Assembly: GCA_024704765.1 (NCBI GenBank)
Contig: JAKMXF010000031.1
Span: 1 to 64,000, forward strand
Source of the DNA: Oopsacas minuta
Lineage: Eukaryota; Animalia; Porifera
Length of the DNA stretch: 64,000 bases
Reading direction: 5' to 3'
Part shown: piece by piece, positions 1 through 13,183 of the stretch
Numbering within the stretch: the first letter of the stretch is position 1
How the letters are laid out: each line of letters begins with the position of its first letter
Program-made: the position numbers and the translations under genes
The notes under the pieces: model-generated
Database searches by the model: none
What the model was told of the DNA's origin: nothing
The model's input: the letters and a program-made list of their open reading frames with translations, nothing else

Positions 1-493
1 ATTCTGCAGTACTACATGGGACCAGTTGGATACAATTAAACAATGGTTTTATTGTGGGTGGCAAGAATGTACCGGAATTTTCATAATAGTCATTTATGCC
101 AGTGAAACGTAGTGCTAAAGTGCTAATAAAGACGATAATATCATAGTAAGTCAGTAAATATAGATAAATTAAGTCCATTAACTGATAAACTCGGGAGTCG
201 GGTGCTAGAATGAGGCCAAAGTTCTTCCAGATCATGTGACAAGAGCGCCCCCCTAGCGAAATAAGTGGGGGGGCAACGCCCCCCGAGCCCCCCCCAAAAC
301 ATCACTGCTTTTACTGTCATCAAAGTCTATTTCTATCGCCCTCCAATTTACTTTCCAACAATTTACAAATTTCATCGTTATTCTGTTGACATGGGGTTTT
401 GTATTATTACGAAAAACTGTATTATAGCTAAGCTATATTTAAGGAATCAAATACTACTAGACCTCTATTGTTGTACCTATACTATGATCTTGT

Positions 494-1200
494 TCAAAAT
501 TCTAAAACAGGTTCATAGTGATTACCTGTATATACAATTTATATTGATCCATTAGCATTAGCGGGAGGCGAATTCAACACCTCATCAAATGAAGAACCTT
601 TGCCGGGGAATACATTCCAACTATTTCCAGTCTCTTTCATAAACACCCATATGTCAGTCTTAAATAGAAGCGCCGCTGTAAATAGTTCCAAATCTCCACC
701 CCATACTCCATTGCCTTTGATGTTTGTTTTATTTATATAATCTATTGTGTTCCTATAAGTATTTGGGTATTTGTTAGTAATAAATTTTCCACATTTTTCT
801 TTTAGCGAACTTGACATACTGTCTACAATGCATTAACGTATTATATGAGAATTATCTGGCGAACCTGACACGGAATATGCTAAGGGAGAAAATAAGCAGT
901 TCCCATCTCCAGGAATATACTGAGTTCTGCTAGGTATATAATAATTCAACGGCCTGTTCATTTGACTATTAATTTTATTTATTCCTAGACTTACCCTGAC
1001 ATTAAGTAACGTGTTACAAATATCTAACTTTCCTGTGTGGGAGATAGGATTATAACTTGGAAGATCATAATTTAAAGTACACAATTCTATTAGATCCAAA
1101 TCTGTTATAATTTCAACGTTATTAACTGAGAGGACAACATCTGGGCTCGTGTTTCTTACAGAATCTTTGTCAATATTCCTTTTTTTGTGTGGAATTACAA
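494..1200 (-). pseudogene. OTU-like cysteine protease (deubiquitinase fold), disrupted
   Basis: ORFs 833-1099 and 539-817 plus read-through give IPGDGNCLF (catalytic Cys), VWGGDLEL and GNHYEPV (catalytic His), ending at TGA 494-496. Broken by a frameshift and in-frame stops. Confidence 0.8.
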
Positions 1201-1280
1201 AATCAGAATTTTTCTCTTATTATTAGCTTTCCCTCCCGTTTTATTTACATTTATTGCTTCAAAAACTTTATCTACCCTAC

Positions 1281-2466
1281 TTAGATTAGGATTGATGTAA
1301 CTCTGTATTCTTCCAGTCTGGAAAAGCTAGCGAAGGATGCTTCACGCTTTGGAGAATCCTTAACAAAGTTCACTACGGCACGCAATAAATCTAAGGCCTT
1401 AACGGTGTGAGGTTCTTTACAAGCGTCTTGAACAATTAGATTTAGCACATGACCATTACAGTAGCTGAATACAGCCAATGGAAAGTCGTTCGATACCCTG
1501 GGAGCCAGTCCCTTTAAGCAGCCAATCATATTTGAGGCCCATCATATCCCTGTCCCCTGCGCTGGTCTAGAGACAGTCCCAGAGCATTTAGTGAATCACG
1601 TAACTGTTTATACATGTTTTGTCTAGTGGTACTTGGAGTCTCAATGAAACCTAGGAAGATTTCTGACACGGTTAAATCATCCTTCACGTATCTCAAACAC
1701 AAACTCATCTGTTCTACATTAGATATATCTGTAGTATCGTCTACCATAACTGCAAAGAGCCCTCCTGGAGAACATTTAATGGAGTATAGTAGGGCAGCCA
1801 TCACCCCCCTGTACAGCACCTTCAGTATTCCATTCTGAGACTCCGGGCTTGTCCAGTCATACTTTTTCTCTAATCAGGACTGCATACAGTGACTGCCACT
1901 ACGGGCAACTAGTCGTATGATTTGATAGAAGTTAGAACCTACCTTGGTATGTCCCCTGAAATGCTATTGTTCGTCTGGCCATGGTCTTAGAAGTATCGAA
2001 AATGACCTTCATTGCTTCCCTAGCGACGACTTTCTGTTGCTGCTTCTTCGAAAATAGTACTGCATCAATCCCCTACCTTTGTCCAATGAATATAGCATGC
2101 GCACTAACTGCCTCCTTATGCAATCACTAGCCTCGTGTGTAGCTAGCTTTTCTAGGGTCTTTTTCCAGTTTGAAAACCCTCCGATGTAAAGGTAGTTTTG
2201 GCGAACTTGGAGGCGAACCTCTTCCCTGATTCACTGAACCACTTGCAGTGCCTACAAAACACGTGATCTTTTTCTTTAATGTCTACGAGCCAGCTATATC
2301 TCTCCTCCCAGTAATTCTGATACGAGTAGTTCTTTTTCGGTATTGTAGGAAGGGAAACGTAGAGCGTGGTATCAGATGGACTGTCAGCCATAGGTTCTTC
2401 TGTACGTGCTCTTTTGGGCTCTCTTCGGACAAATTTATCCATAATTCTAATCAAAATGAAAGTCAA
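1281..2466 (-). mobile_element. hAT transposase remnant (TTF-type zinc finger + DUF4371/ZMYM1-like core)
   Basis: WEERYSWL...VFCRHCKWF zinc finger; FAVMVDDTTDISNVEQMSLCLRYV, RGQGYDG and CNGHVLNL motifs, split over frameshifted ORFs. Confidence 0.88.
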
Positions 2467-2639
2467 ATGAGAGATTAGTTTATATTCAATTGAGAATATA
2501 ATGCGGCTACCATTAATTTACTTGGTGGATCCAGCCTCTTGTTCTGGGAGGCTAGATCGCCCTCTAGTAAAGTGGGGGGGGGCCCCTACTTTGGCTAATT
2601 CTACGCTTATGGCTATATCCACAGAATATTCAACATATT

Positions 2640-2705
2640 CTCGTCGTGTGCCACTTGTGTCACAAGTGGCAGAATGTTCCAATACTTTTGGCCAGGCAGC
2701 GTATA
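2640..2705. repeat. Partial right end of the Tc1-type MITE family seen intact at 16429-16678
   Basis: gttccaatacttttggccaggcagcgta resembles the TIR gttccaatacttttggccagggagtgta. Confidence 0.65.
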
Positions 2706-3935
2706 GTCAAAGTTACCAGTCGACCGGTCGGTCGGGTCGGGTCATGAAAAAGCTGACCAGATCCATCTCTGCCCTATACATATAACTTTCTAAAGTAATT
2801 GATATACTCTACTTATAACCAAATAAGAACGACTACCAAGCACTACCTTATGAATAGAGTTAAGGGCCAGATTAGCACTATATGTGCTAATCTGGCGCCT
2901 AAACAATCCATGAGATAGTGATCAATATCGGTGAGCTTATATAACTTTCCCTGAGAGATTATTCCTATATCTTAAGAGATAGCATTTAAGCTAGATGTGT
3001 GTGTGTAGGTGGGTGTAGAACGGTCTGGTCCTATAATTATACAATCACAATGAAACACATTCTAAGTGATTATATTTTCTAATTAGAGGAATATAGAAAT
3101 ATTGAATACAGCTGTTTATTATAATCAGAAATATAACTATACAAAGATATTGTTGCTCAGCCTAAAGAAACAGAATGTTGACCCATCCACCCTATCTGAC
3201 CCATGGGTCAATGACTCATTTGCAGCTCTGAGCCAATTTGACACGATTAACCGGTGGCTCTATTAAGCTGAGTCTCCTGTAGTTCATAAATATACACTGA
3301 TAATCTTATACAAAATTTCTGACGTTTTAAGCAGTCAGAGCTACAAACTCCATGAATAGATTTACTATCATGTTGTCCAGACACAAGTAGAGGTATTTGA
3401 CTATATTTCATTGAGTAAGCCTCTTAAGTACAAGAACTTCTGCCTTCAGCAATTCGTATTGCAAAATAGAGATATTACATACAACAATTACTTATTGGTT
3501 ATTGAAAATATTATGATTAATCATATTTTAACACCTTTGATAAATTGAAATATTTCGAAACTTGTTATCAACTGACATTCTGACTTAAGAAAATATGTAA
3601 ACTCAAAATTTTGATACTTTTCACGCACATATTCCAAGGAAGAATATACAAGAAACTATTAGAATCACAAATTGAAACTGATAGCTAATATAGCATAGCA
3701 ACTAATTCTATACAAAGACTGTGGGTAAGCTATAACTGGAACTAATTTACATATTGAAAGCTATCTTACCCAACACATCCGTAATTCTGTGAGACAATAG
3801 TCTCGTGGTAGAGTTCAAGGAAATGTGATTAGTTATAACTTTCTATTTCACCACTTGACACCTGAATAATTAACCTACAAACTTGTATAAATACAGTCTG
3901 TAAATGAGAATAATCATAAACAGAACAACAAACAA

Positions 3936-5102
3936 ATGGCAACCAAATACCCAGATGAAATTCCTACTAACCATTTCGAAATAGCGGGACAACTGATCCA
4001 TTCCACTTTCGAGAAGATCATTAGAATTGTAACAGAGAGGAGAGATCAGTTGCTTGAGCAGCTGTTCGATATCAAGCAGGACTATCTGAACAAGGAGAAC
4101 ACAAGAAAGAAACTATTAGCAGACCTGGAGAAGCTAATCCAACAATTAATGGAAACTAGCATTCAAAAGAACCAAGTAGTAAAGTTACAAGAAGAACAGA
4201 TGAGGCAAACAAGAGCTGAAATACACAAAAACGAAAATGAAACACCTATCCCAATCCCTTCTCTCAATACAGAGGGTCTTGACTCTCTCATAGAACAGAT
4301 GGGGAAGTTGGGATCTATTCAGGATATAGCTGTACCCTACAGAAACAAGACCGAGCCCATCAGAAAGATTGGGGGTAAGGGCAGTAAGAAAGGAGAGCTG
4401 TATTCCCCAGTTGGACTAGCTCTAGATGGAGATAAGATCTATATAGCAGATGCTAACAATAATATAATACAGATTTTCTCTACAGAGGGTAAGTTCATTC
4501 ATGAATTTGGTAAGGGGCAGCTATATTCTCCATACGGTATAGCATTACATAAGGAATGGGTGTTTATAAGTGATGGGGTACTTGATGCTGTATATAAATT
4601 CTCAAAAACATATTACAAATTAGTTAAGAGTGCTAAGGAAGGTGTTAGTGTCCCTCTTGGTCTAACAACTGACACAAATGGAGAAGTGTTAGTTGCAGAT
4701 TATAATAATAATAGAATTGCAGTATTCAGCTCTAATTTAGAATTTATTAGACAAATAGGAAAATACAAACTCAGATACCCGAGTGACGTCAAAATAAATA
4801 ATAATAAGATATTTGTAGCAGACAATAATAAGATTAATAATATACACATATTCTCTAAATCAGGTGATTTGTGGAAAAGTTTCATAAAATTAGAAAATGG
4901 AGAAGGAAGTATTTTTCTGTGTTTTGATTTGTATAATAATATTATAATTAGCAATAATAAGGGAAATTCAATTAATATATTTACTAAAGATGGACAGCTG
5001 ATACACAAAATTAAATGTAATAATCCTACAGGAATAGTTGTTAATGATAACTTTGATATTATTTGTGCTCGTGATAGTGATAATGTAATAAATATATATT
5101 AA
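3936..5102 (+). CDS. Coiled-coil + NHL-repeat beta-propeller protein (TRIM71/Brat-like C-terminus, no RING), intronless, 388 aa
   Basis: Open 388-aa ORF. N-terminal helical region, then repeated NHL motifs (YSPVGLALDGDKIYIAD, PYGIAL, PLGLTTDTNGEVLVADYNNNRI, YPSDV). Confidence 0.9.
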   Translation: MATKYPDEIPTNHFEIAGQLIHSTFEKIIRIVTERRDQLLEQLFDIKQDYLNKENTRKKLLADLEKLIQQLMETSIQKNQVVKLQEEQMRQTRAEIHKNENETPIPIPSLNTEGLDSLIEQMGKLGSIQDIAVPYRNKTEPIRKIGGKGSKKGELYSPVGLALDGDKIYIADANNNIIQIFSTEGKFIHEFGKGQLYSPYGIALHKEWVFISDGVLDAVYKFSKTYYKLVKSAKEGVSVPLGLTTDTNGEVLVADYNNNRIAVFSSNLEFIRQIGKYKLRYPSDVKINNNKIFVADNNKINNIHIFSKSGDLWKSFIKLENGEGSIFLCFDLYNNIIISNNKGNSINIFTKDGQLIHKIKCNNPTGIVVNDNFDIICARDSDNVINIY

Positions 5103-6683
5103 TAGTATTGTTGTGTTTACATATTTGTTTGTAATTAAATTGTCATATATCACTCTTTATATATTCATAATTCCGGTGTAACTCCAGACTTGTGGAAAAG
5201 GAGTTTAGGATATGTTCCCGTTCCTCCCCTGATTCCCTTCCATTTCCTACTCATATTTCCAATCTAAGAATACTTTTTCACCAAAATTACAAATTGACTC
5301 TTTAATCAGGTCTACTTCTCATAAGAAGAAACAACTAATTTTAGGACATTCTATGGAATATACATTATGAGATCCTGTGTATCTCAGGTTTGTAACAGCT
5401 GTGGATTATCATATATAAGTACAGTCAACTCCTGCTCGGATACATAGAAATACTTATACCGAATTATGGAATATCATCAATGGAATACCGACAATTCGCA
5501 CCTAATTTGATTGGTCAATTGATTTGACAATTCTTTCATTTTCTATTATAGGAAAATAATGAATTGTTAACAAGTAATAACTCTGACGTAACTAACTGCT
5601 ATTGTAAACTACTAGCACCTGGGAGTCGCTTCTATTTCATTAGAAGTTGACTTCATTATAGCCGAATGAAATAATATAATTGCAGTTGGATGTTATATTG
5701 ATTTACTTCTTTTTAGGTGGAATTTTGTTATATGACTAATATCCGATTTGTTTACGAGAGTCCACGGCATTAGTAACTCAGCCACCACCAAAAGTTCACC
5801 GGGCGCCCGAACATAGAGTTTAGAGGGCAATTGGTTACAAATCAAATCGATGTCATAATCCAAGGGTTTCCCATGGCTCTATTGTAGGCTAACAACGCAT
5901 CCTAACCCCAGATCCCTTCCTAGAACCAGGGCCGGATTAAGGCATAGGGCTCCATACTTCGAGGGGTAAATTTGTCTATATGAATGGATTAAATCAATCC
6001 AGTATTTTGAATTTCCCTGTCAGAACATGCAATATATATATTACATGGTTTTCATCCCGAATTTCTTCGAAAACCTGAATGGCAGATGATGGTTTTGTTG
6101 AGGTAATTTGTAATATATTGTTTAAACCTTTGGTTATCTCATCACTTTCTCTCTGGGTATATCTTATATATTCAAACTCTATCATTTTTTGCTTGTCCGA
6201 ATTGATAGAGGAACTGGTTTGAGATACAGACTTGAAATTTGATACGGGGGATGGGGAATGACGTTTCTAGAAACATGTTTGAATATCTAATGAAAGTATT
6301 CACACCTTCTCACATAGTTCATATTTATTTGTTATTATGTAGATATCTAGGTGTTGATAATACAAAAATTCAAAAGGTTTTCAAATTATACTTCTAAAGG
6401 CTGTAATGGGATAATCGAGTATGCTAAATATGATTTTAGGATCATGGGATCAAATTTGTTTTGTTATTTATGTACACAAAGTAAACTAATTTCAAATATT
6501 TTGTATACTTTTAACGGCTACAGAGGTAATCGAGTGTTCGAATGTGATGTGAATAGTGTATCGTGAATATTCAACTTAGACCACCCCGTTAGTGCCAGGA
6601 AATTAACGCTTTTAGGTTTCTAATCGATAACAAGTCAGATCAATCAAGTAAAGTTATAAATAAACTATATTGAATGTCTAATA

Positions 6684-6990
6684 TCGTGGAACCTGCATAA
6701 TCCGACACCTCTGTAATCCGGAATGTCGCTAAACCATCATTATTTATTTTCACGGATAGTTTTTGTATAGAAAACAACCTCAATAACCCGGAACCTCGCT
6801 ACTCCGTAATCCAACAATTTAATGATGATCAAGTACTATAAATTCAACCTCTATAAACCGACGATTTTGCGATTTAGCTTTCATTTATCTGAGGTGTACA
6901 TATTTCAACAAATGTAGGATTATGGAGGGTACTCGATAATCCGACATTTTCTTCGTTCTTAACAAGTGTCGGATTATGCAGGTACCACTG
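6684..6990. mobile_element. pogo/Tigger-type MITE
   Basis: TIRs tcgtggaacctgcataatccgacac / gtgtcggattatgcaggtaccactg, flanked by TA on both sides. Confidence 0.8.
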
Positions 6991-7179
6991 TATGTCTACA
7001 AAGTAATGGAATAAAATTATGATAAATTATAATAATATCTCTAAAGAATATGAGAAGAGAGTGAGAAGATCAAGAGAGGTGCAGCTACCGCATCATAACC
7101 ACTGTTCTTCTTATATGGTAGCTGCACCTCAATAGAAAGGATAGAGGAGTGGAGTGGAGTGGAGTGAGGAGAGAAAGGA

Positions 7180-7545
7180 GGTGTGACGCATTGGTTATGT
7201 GAGCAAAGAGGAGTTTGCAAAGCTAGAGTTCACACCAAAGGGATGGTGATAGTCAAGCGCACGAATGAGCACTCCTGTGCTTTCCTCTTCATGCCTGCCT
7301 TCGCTTCACAACAGCCCGCTGCCTGCTCGTCAGGACCATGGGAGTGCTCATTCGTGCGCTTGACTATCACCATCCCTTAGGGTATGAACTCTAGCTTTGC
7401 AAACTCCTCTTTGCTCACACAACCAATGCGTCACATCTCCAACTCTCCTCTGTACTCCAAATAAATATCCACACTCGTAGAGCTTGTTTCCTCTTCTTTG
7501 TGACTTGATCAGCCTCGTTGGCTGATCAAGAGGTTCCGCCATTAA
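7180..7545. repeat. FLYWCH-coding fragment with ~95-bp inverted duplication (fold-back)
   Basis: 7183-7275 is the reverse complement of ~7341-7435. Both arms encode THWLCEQRGVCKARVHT; the minus arm is preceded by KSQRRGNKLYECGYLF. Confidence 0.85.
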
Positions 7546-9521
7546 GGATTGTCAAATTTCAAATACACAATGTTATAAGTAATATTGAGAAAACGAATCT
7601 GAGTTTGAACTAGATCATTTTCTATTTATGTCCGAGGATTGCAAATATCACAGGTGATCACATCCAGTTTACTACATTCCTCTTTACCAAATATAGCCCT
7701 AAGAGTATTTACATCGTGTGTGCTTACTTACTTTAGCAATCTTTTGAATTCATATCGTTAGTGGATCCCATTGGAATGGATGTAATCTAAAATTAGGATT
7801 ATCTATCCAATTTAAAGACTTGTCCGTTTGCAGAAATAATTATTAGAAAATCGATTAATTATGTGTCCTTAGAATAAAATTATTACTTAATTAATATCAT
7901 ATCAAATTGACCAATCAAATATGGTCCGAATTGTCCGGTGCGAATTGTCGGTATCCGAATACGCTATTAGGGTGGGTAGATATCCTAAAAGCCATCCATT
8001 CCATTTGTTAAATAACTAAAATCACCGCCTGTCCCGACAAATAACATTTAGTGAATTATTGGAATTATATTATCCTACAAAAATCCATTTTAGCAAGGAA
8101 AGACAAAATTGAGTTTTACTAATCTTTTAGACAATTAATTATGTTAAAATTGAATTAAATGTTCACCAAAAGGTGTGAAAATAAGATTAATCATATGATT
8201 AATCAGTGTATATATATTTAATAGAATGTATTAACCAATAGTATTACAGTCTCCATCAATACAAATATTTGGAAATGCTAGAATATCCCAGAATAAAACC
8301 ACAGAAAATATTGGAATCATAGAATAATCTAGAATATTGAATACAGATTCCAAATTCTACTAAAATCACATATATTTAAAAGTGAGTAGTGCATGCGCTA
8401 CTCACTTTGAAATAACTCTAAAATCAATGTATGGTGTTCAGGAGTATGTTATTGTTAGGGAGTTCAACTTCTTAAGTTCGAATTGCAAATATATTTCGAA
8501 TTTAGAAATTTTAGTCTCTAAGAACGACCCAATTCATAAGTGGCCCGTCCACCTGGTGGGCCCGAAGGCTATAGCCTACTTTGCCTAATGGTAAATCCGG
8601 CACTGGGTTCAGTCAGATCAATATTAGTCATTTCACACCTTAGGAAAATATTTAGAATTGTTATACACCAAAAATGAAATACAGTAGACTCCACCGGTTA
8701 ATCCGGTCAAAATGGCATGACACTGTTCAAGACTATAGAATAATGCTAGAGCAATACTGAGTAAATAGGAAATAGAAATAACAAACAATTAGACAAACAT
8801 TCTAATAGTAATACTGCTCTTACTTATAGCTAACGTAAGCCTAGTAACAGACATTACTAAAGACACCTTGTGAGGTATACTAATTAGCTCATAACAGTAC
8901 CGTGTTCGTGTATGACTTTATGTCAATTTACTTATCCTAATACATCATACATCCTTAGTAATTACTGATATACTGAAGATAACGGTTATAACACGAAGAT
9001 AACACGAAAAGAACAGTGTTAGGTTATTATGGGAGCTAAATCGTATCAGTATTCCTCAATTTCCTTAACAAAACTAGCTTAAATAATAATAATCTTGAAT
9101 ATATCTCAGATATAAAGTTTCATTGACAACTATGTGAATTTTAGGCACATAGTGCGGGGTATATCCCGTCGCATAGCAACCAAAAGCATTAAGAATATTT
9201 CATAATTAAGTCAACCAGTAGGACTGTTTGCGTGTCAGAATTGCTGTCTGTATTACTGGTACCATGGATATTCATAATTCAAGTCAGAATTAGTTCACCG
9301 ACAAAACTTACTCAATAGCGTAATACAATTAACCACTACTCACACCACCTCAAACTAACACATGTCTATATAACTGCTAGCAAGTTAAGCATCATATTTA
9401 AACACATAGTAGCATAAATATAAAAAGGAAATAATCTGTGTTGTAAATAATGGAAATAATAAATATACTAATGTTCAGGTAAACAAGTTCTGAGTAAAGA
9501 GTAAACAAAATACAAATACAG

Positions 9522-10986
9522 CTATAATGCTGGTAACAATTCTATTTTAATTAGAAGAGTTATGCTGTCTTCTTTACAATATTTAGCTTCTAATATTTCA
9601 AAGTCTAAAATTAATAAAGGAATTCCAAAACCTTCATTTCTTAGCTGAGTAGGTCTCTTGAATTTATTAGGAGATTTCTCCAAATCTTCCTTAGTTACTT
9701 GATTAGTGATTTCATAATTATTATTACTGTTAATGTGATTGAGTAGAATTAACGTATATTTGTATCTGATAGGCCAGTGTAGTTTATCATCATAACCTCC
9801 TTTCATAATACAAATGGAAACACCTACTACACCTGAATTAAACCAATTCCATTCAATATTTCCCTGACACTTGTATAAACCTACATAGAATGGATCACTG
9901 AAAGTATCCTCTTTGTTTTCTATCTTCTGTTTAACACCTTTAATCTTCCATTCCAATTGTCCTGCAGATAGAGGTAGAGGTGTATAAGAATAGAGTACTT
10001 CTATAATTGATTTCAGTTCTGAATCCTTCTCAGTAATTTGTTTCTCTAAATTCTCGATTTTGGTATTTGCTGTAGTCAGCTCTTTGGTTTTACTTTCACT
10101 TTCATTTTCCAAGATTGAAATCTTCTCAGTTGTTTGAATTCGTTTCAGTTTCATATCAGTCTCTAATAATCTGAAGTGAATATGAATGAATTCTCTTTCA
10201 TGAAGATCCATCTCTTTCCTCTCCATCTCCTCTCTGCATCCATACTCCCAATACGGACACTCTACTTTCTGTAGAGGACACACGTCAGCTAGATGGACAG
10301 GAACATCTCTCCTCTTCAATTGTCTGGTCCCTTCGTATCCTTCCTTCACACATCTATTAGGACAAAGAACTGGAAAGTGTTCACAGTACTCCAAATGAGG
10401 ATCCATTTCACAGGCCTTTACTTTATTCACACAGAATTTACACACAAGTTCTCTTAAGGGACACGAGTCTCTCTGATGTTCTGGAATTAGTCTCTTCTCT
10501 AGTTTCATTGCTTTCCCCTTCCTCTCTCCTTCCGCACAGACACAACCCAGAGGACACAGTACAGGAAAGAACTCACATTCCTCCAGGTGGTGTATTGCTG
10601 TACTCACTGTGTCACTCCATTCACACCCTCTCTTCTTTAGAGGACAACTAATCTACAAAGAAATAACTCATCTATAAACACAAAAAACACTTGTAAAATA
10701 ACAACAAATCAACTACCATTTTATCGGAGACAATTTCACGATTCATCTTTACTGGTTGCCATGCTACACCCTCAGGAATGCAAACACCACACCTCAATTC
10801 TCCTTCACAGATACAAGCATCTCTTAACATTCCTTTACAACTGCTACATAACAATAGTTTCAGTTCCAGTTTGTTTGATAAGTTTTCTACCAACAAATCA
10901 ACCCTCCATCCTCTGTAACTACCATCCTCTGTCTTTATGTACACCAAGTCCTCTCTCCCTTCTGAGTCTGTTAACTTCTCTGCCAT
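9522..10986 (-). CDS. TRAF-family protein (degenerate RING, TRAF zinc fingers, coiled coil, MATH domain); exons 10986-10717 and 10652-9522
   Basis: 64-bp GT-AG intron (10716-10653) joins ...IVSDKM to ISCPLKKRGCEW in frame. Repeats CPLRELVCKFC and CPLQKVECPY; MATH motifs LEWKIKG...FSDPFYVGLYKCQ and DDKLHWP. Confidence 0.9.
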
Positions 10987-13006
10987 TATACAATATACAA
11001 ATCAAATACTGAGTAGGAATACTTTGTTTAATTCTTAATAGATAGAACATGTACATACTATAGCTATCAGTTACAAACAAGACTCTTGTCCTGCTAATTA
11101 CTAAGTAACAGCTGATATACTAATACTAATACAGTGGATGCTGAGTATACGGACATCGAGTTTATATGATAACTTAAAAGAGTCAACAATATATTACATT
11201 TTCTAATATTTACATAAACAAATACTATTATGACGTCATCATATGACATCTACAAAATACACTAAATATGTACAAACTAGATTCAAGCGATATACCAAAT
11301 AAGGAAATAATGTATTATTAGATTTTAGGCGCTAACAAAGGTTAATTAGATTACAAATATTAACTAATTGGTTCCTATTTTGAAAATTATTCAAATGCCA
11401 ATCTATTAAACCTGTAACTAAGTTAGTGAATATAATTACTGTAATTAGAAATTATATTACCGCTTATAGTGAGTAGTTCAAATGGTAAGAAATACATGGA
11501 AATACATTATTGAGTAATTACATAAACGTTTCCCTAATTAGATTATGTGTAATTAATGAATAATTTGTGGTTAGTGTAATGCTATTATTAGAAATGTAAA
11601 TGGTTGATAAGTTTATGTTCAATAGTAAATAAAAGAGAATTCAGTGGACACCCGAAGGATGCCAACCGCGAACATAAAGTGTTCGCTTACCGCGCAACGC
11701 AAGTAAGCGTAGCTTGCTTATATTTAATAGAATGAATTGACCAATAGAATTACAGTCTCTATCAATACAAATACATTACTGTACTAATTAAATTACAATC
11801 ACTTCATCAGAACTAATTTTATGCATTTATGTTGCAGTTTATGGACGTGCTTGGTGTGCACGTGTGCACACTGGTGTATGGCCATGCCATAATACAATGT
11901 TCTCTTCTGGTTCTTTATTAAATAATATAATTAGCGATACAATAGTTCTAATTATAGTGATACAAATATATTTAATTATAGGATATATATCTAAACTTTC
12001 CATAACAATTGAGTAATATGCGGAATTAGATTTTCAGTAATATGCAGAATTAGATTTCTATCCAGCTCGGAACCTCAATCTAGTACTAGGGAAAAGTACG
12101 TAATTATCTTTGTATTCTGACTTGTTTGTTCAGTTATAGCGATAGCAGAAACAGAGTTTAAGGTTTGTTTGATTTGTATCTATTTAGTAATAAATGTCTT
12201 TGATTAATTGTTCCATAATTGTTCAGTTCGTAAATGGTCAACATTCTATTATAGTAATCTGGGATTTTCTTCTCACAGAAATTTACCATAATTCTTTTAC
12301 TGAACACTTCAAAACCATTGTCATGCATGTACTTGTGTCCACATTTATTACTAATTTACAAGGCTGAAATCGATTGAACCGAATATCAGTATTATGAATA
12401 GCAGCCCAACCGGTTACTGATTTTCGGTTTGCAACAGAATATTGAACTATTCTCCAAATACAGTATTATTCGGTTGCAAACTTGCTAATTAATTTGTGTC
12501 TAAAATTTGTTCCCATCCATTCTAATTCAATCCATATTTGGACAAGACGTACACTCGGATAGTACTGAAAATATTTTTTCCCTAGGTGTACTGTTTTCCC
12601 CGAGTTCCACTTTTCGTAATTACCCTAGCAAATTGTTTTGAACAAACTATTAAGACTACTTACTACACTACTACATGGATGGCCTAGTAACTAGAACATC
12701 TTATATGAACTAGATATGAACTAGACTCTATTTCGTATTTAGTTACGTTACAACGGTTAACTCCGTACCATTACCACATAATAATTCCAAATTGTCCAAT
12801 ACACTAAATTATTTATAATCTGCTTGACTACTCGTGTAGCGAAGTGTCTGTATTATCCAATTTAAAATAATTTTTGAGACTGAGCAAGAAATCTTTATTT
12901 TATTCTAATTATAAACTAATGATTTGGCAATTTGAAAGTTCTAACAAATATTAAGTGATGACTTGTGTTATACGTAATGACTATTCTCTCTGCTACTAGT
13001 AGTATG

Positions 13007-13183
13007 TTATGCGAACTTGTTAAAACGAGTGTGACCCTTCTGGTATTTAGTGTTGCAACTTCTACCTGATTTCTTGCAAGGGTACCTTAGTGTTTTACAG
13101 TGCTTACATCTACATGCTGAATCACTGAGGCCCAGAGAAGCATTTTGCATTGCTCCCGTTTGACTAACTATAGAAGTATGGCA
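13007..13183 (-). mobile_element. C-terminal Cys cluster of a Ginger/KRBA2-like integrase, fused to the TRAF paralog
   Basis: CRCKHCKTLRYPCKKSGRSCNTKYQKG...NK* resembles the CxCK..C.T.RCxCKK.G..CNxKCH tail I recognise from these integrases, with two apparent Cys>Tyr changes. Confidence 0.55.

Larger units (their letters stand above)
5482..7956. mobile_element. Non-autonomous MULE/Mutator-like element carrying a FLYWCH remnant
   Basis: Left end ggaataccgacaattcgcacc-taatttgattggtcaattgat is inverted relative to the right end atcaaattgaccaatcaaatat...ggtgcgaattgtcggtatcc. Internal FLYWCH-like ORF at 7348-7542. No TSD found. Confidence 0.6.

Noticed and set aside
241-307. G/C-rich hAT-like terminus as the end of the hAT-OTU unit
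   Set aside because: Its orientation places the element interior at lower coordinates, so it is not the terminus of the 494-2466 remnant; no partner or TSD is visible.
5927-8605. Single hAT element from CAGGGCCGGATT (5927) to AATCCGGCACTG (8605)
   Set aside because: The 8-bp flanks do not match (cctagaac vs ggttcagt); more likely ends of separate elements.
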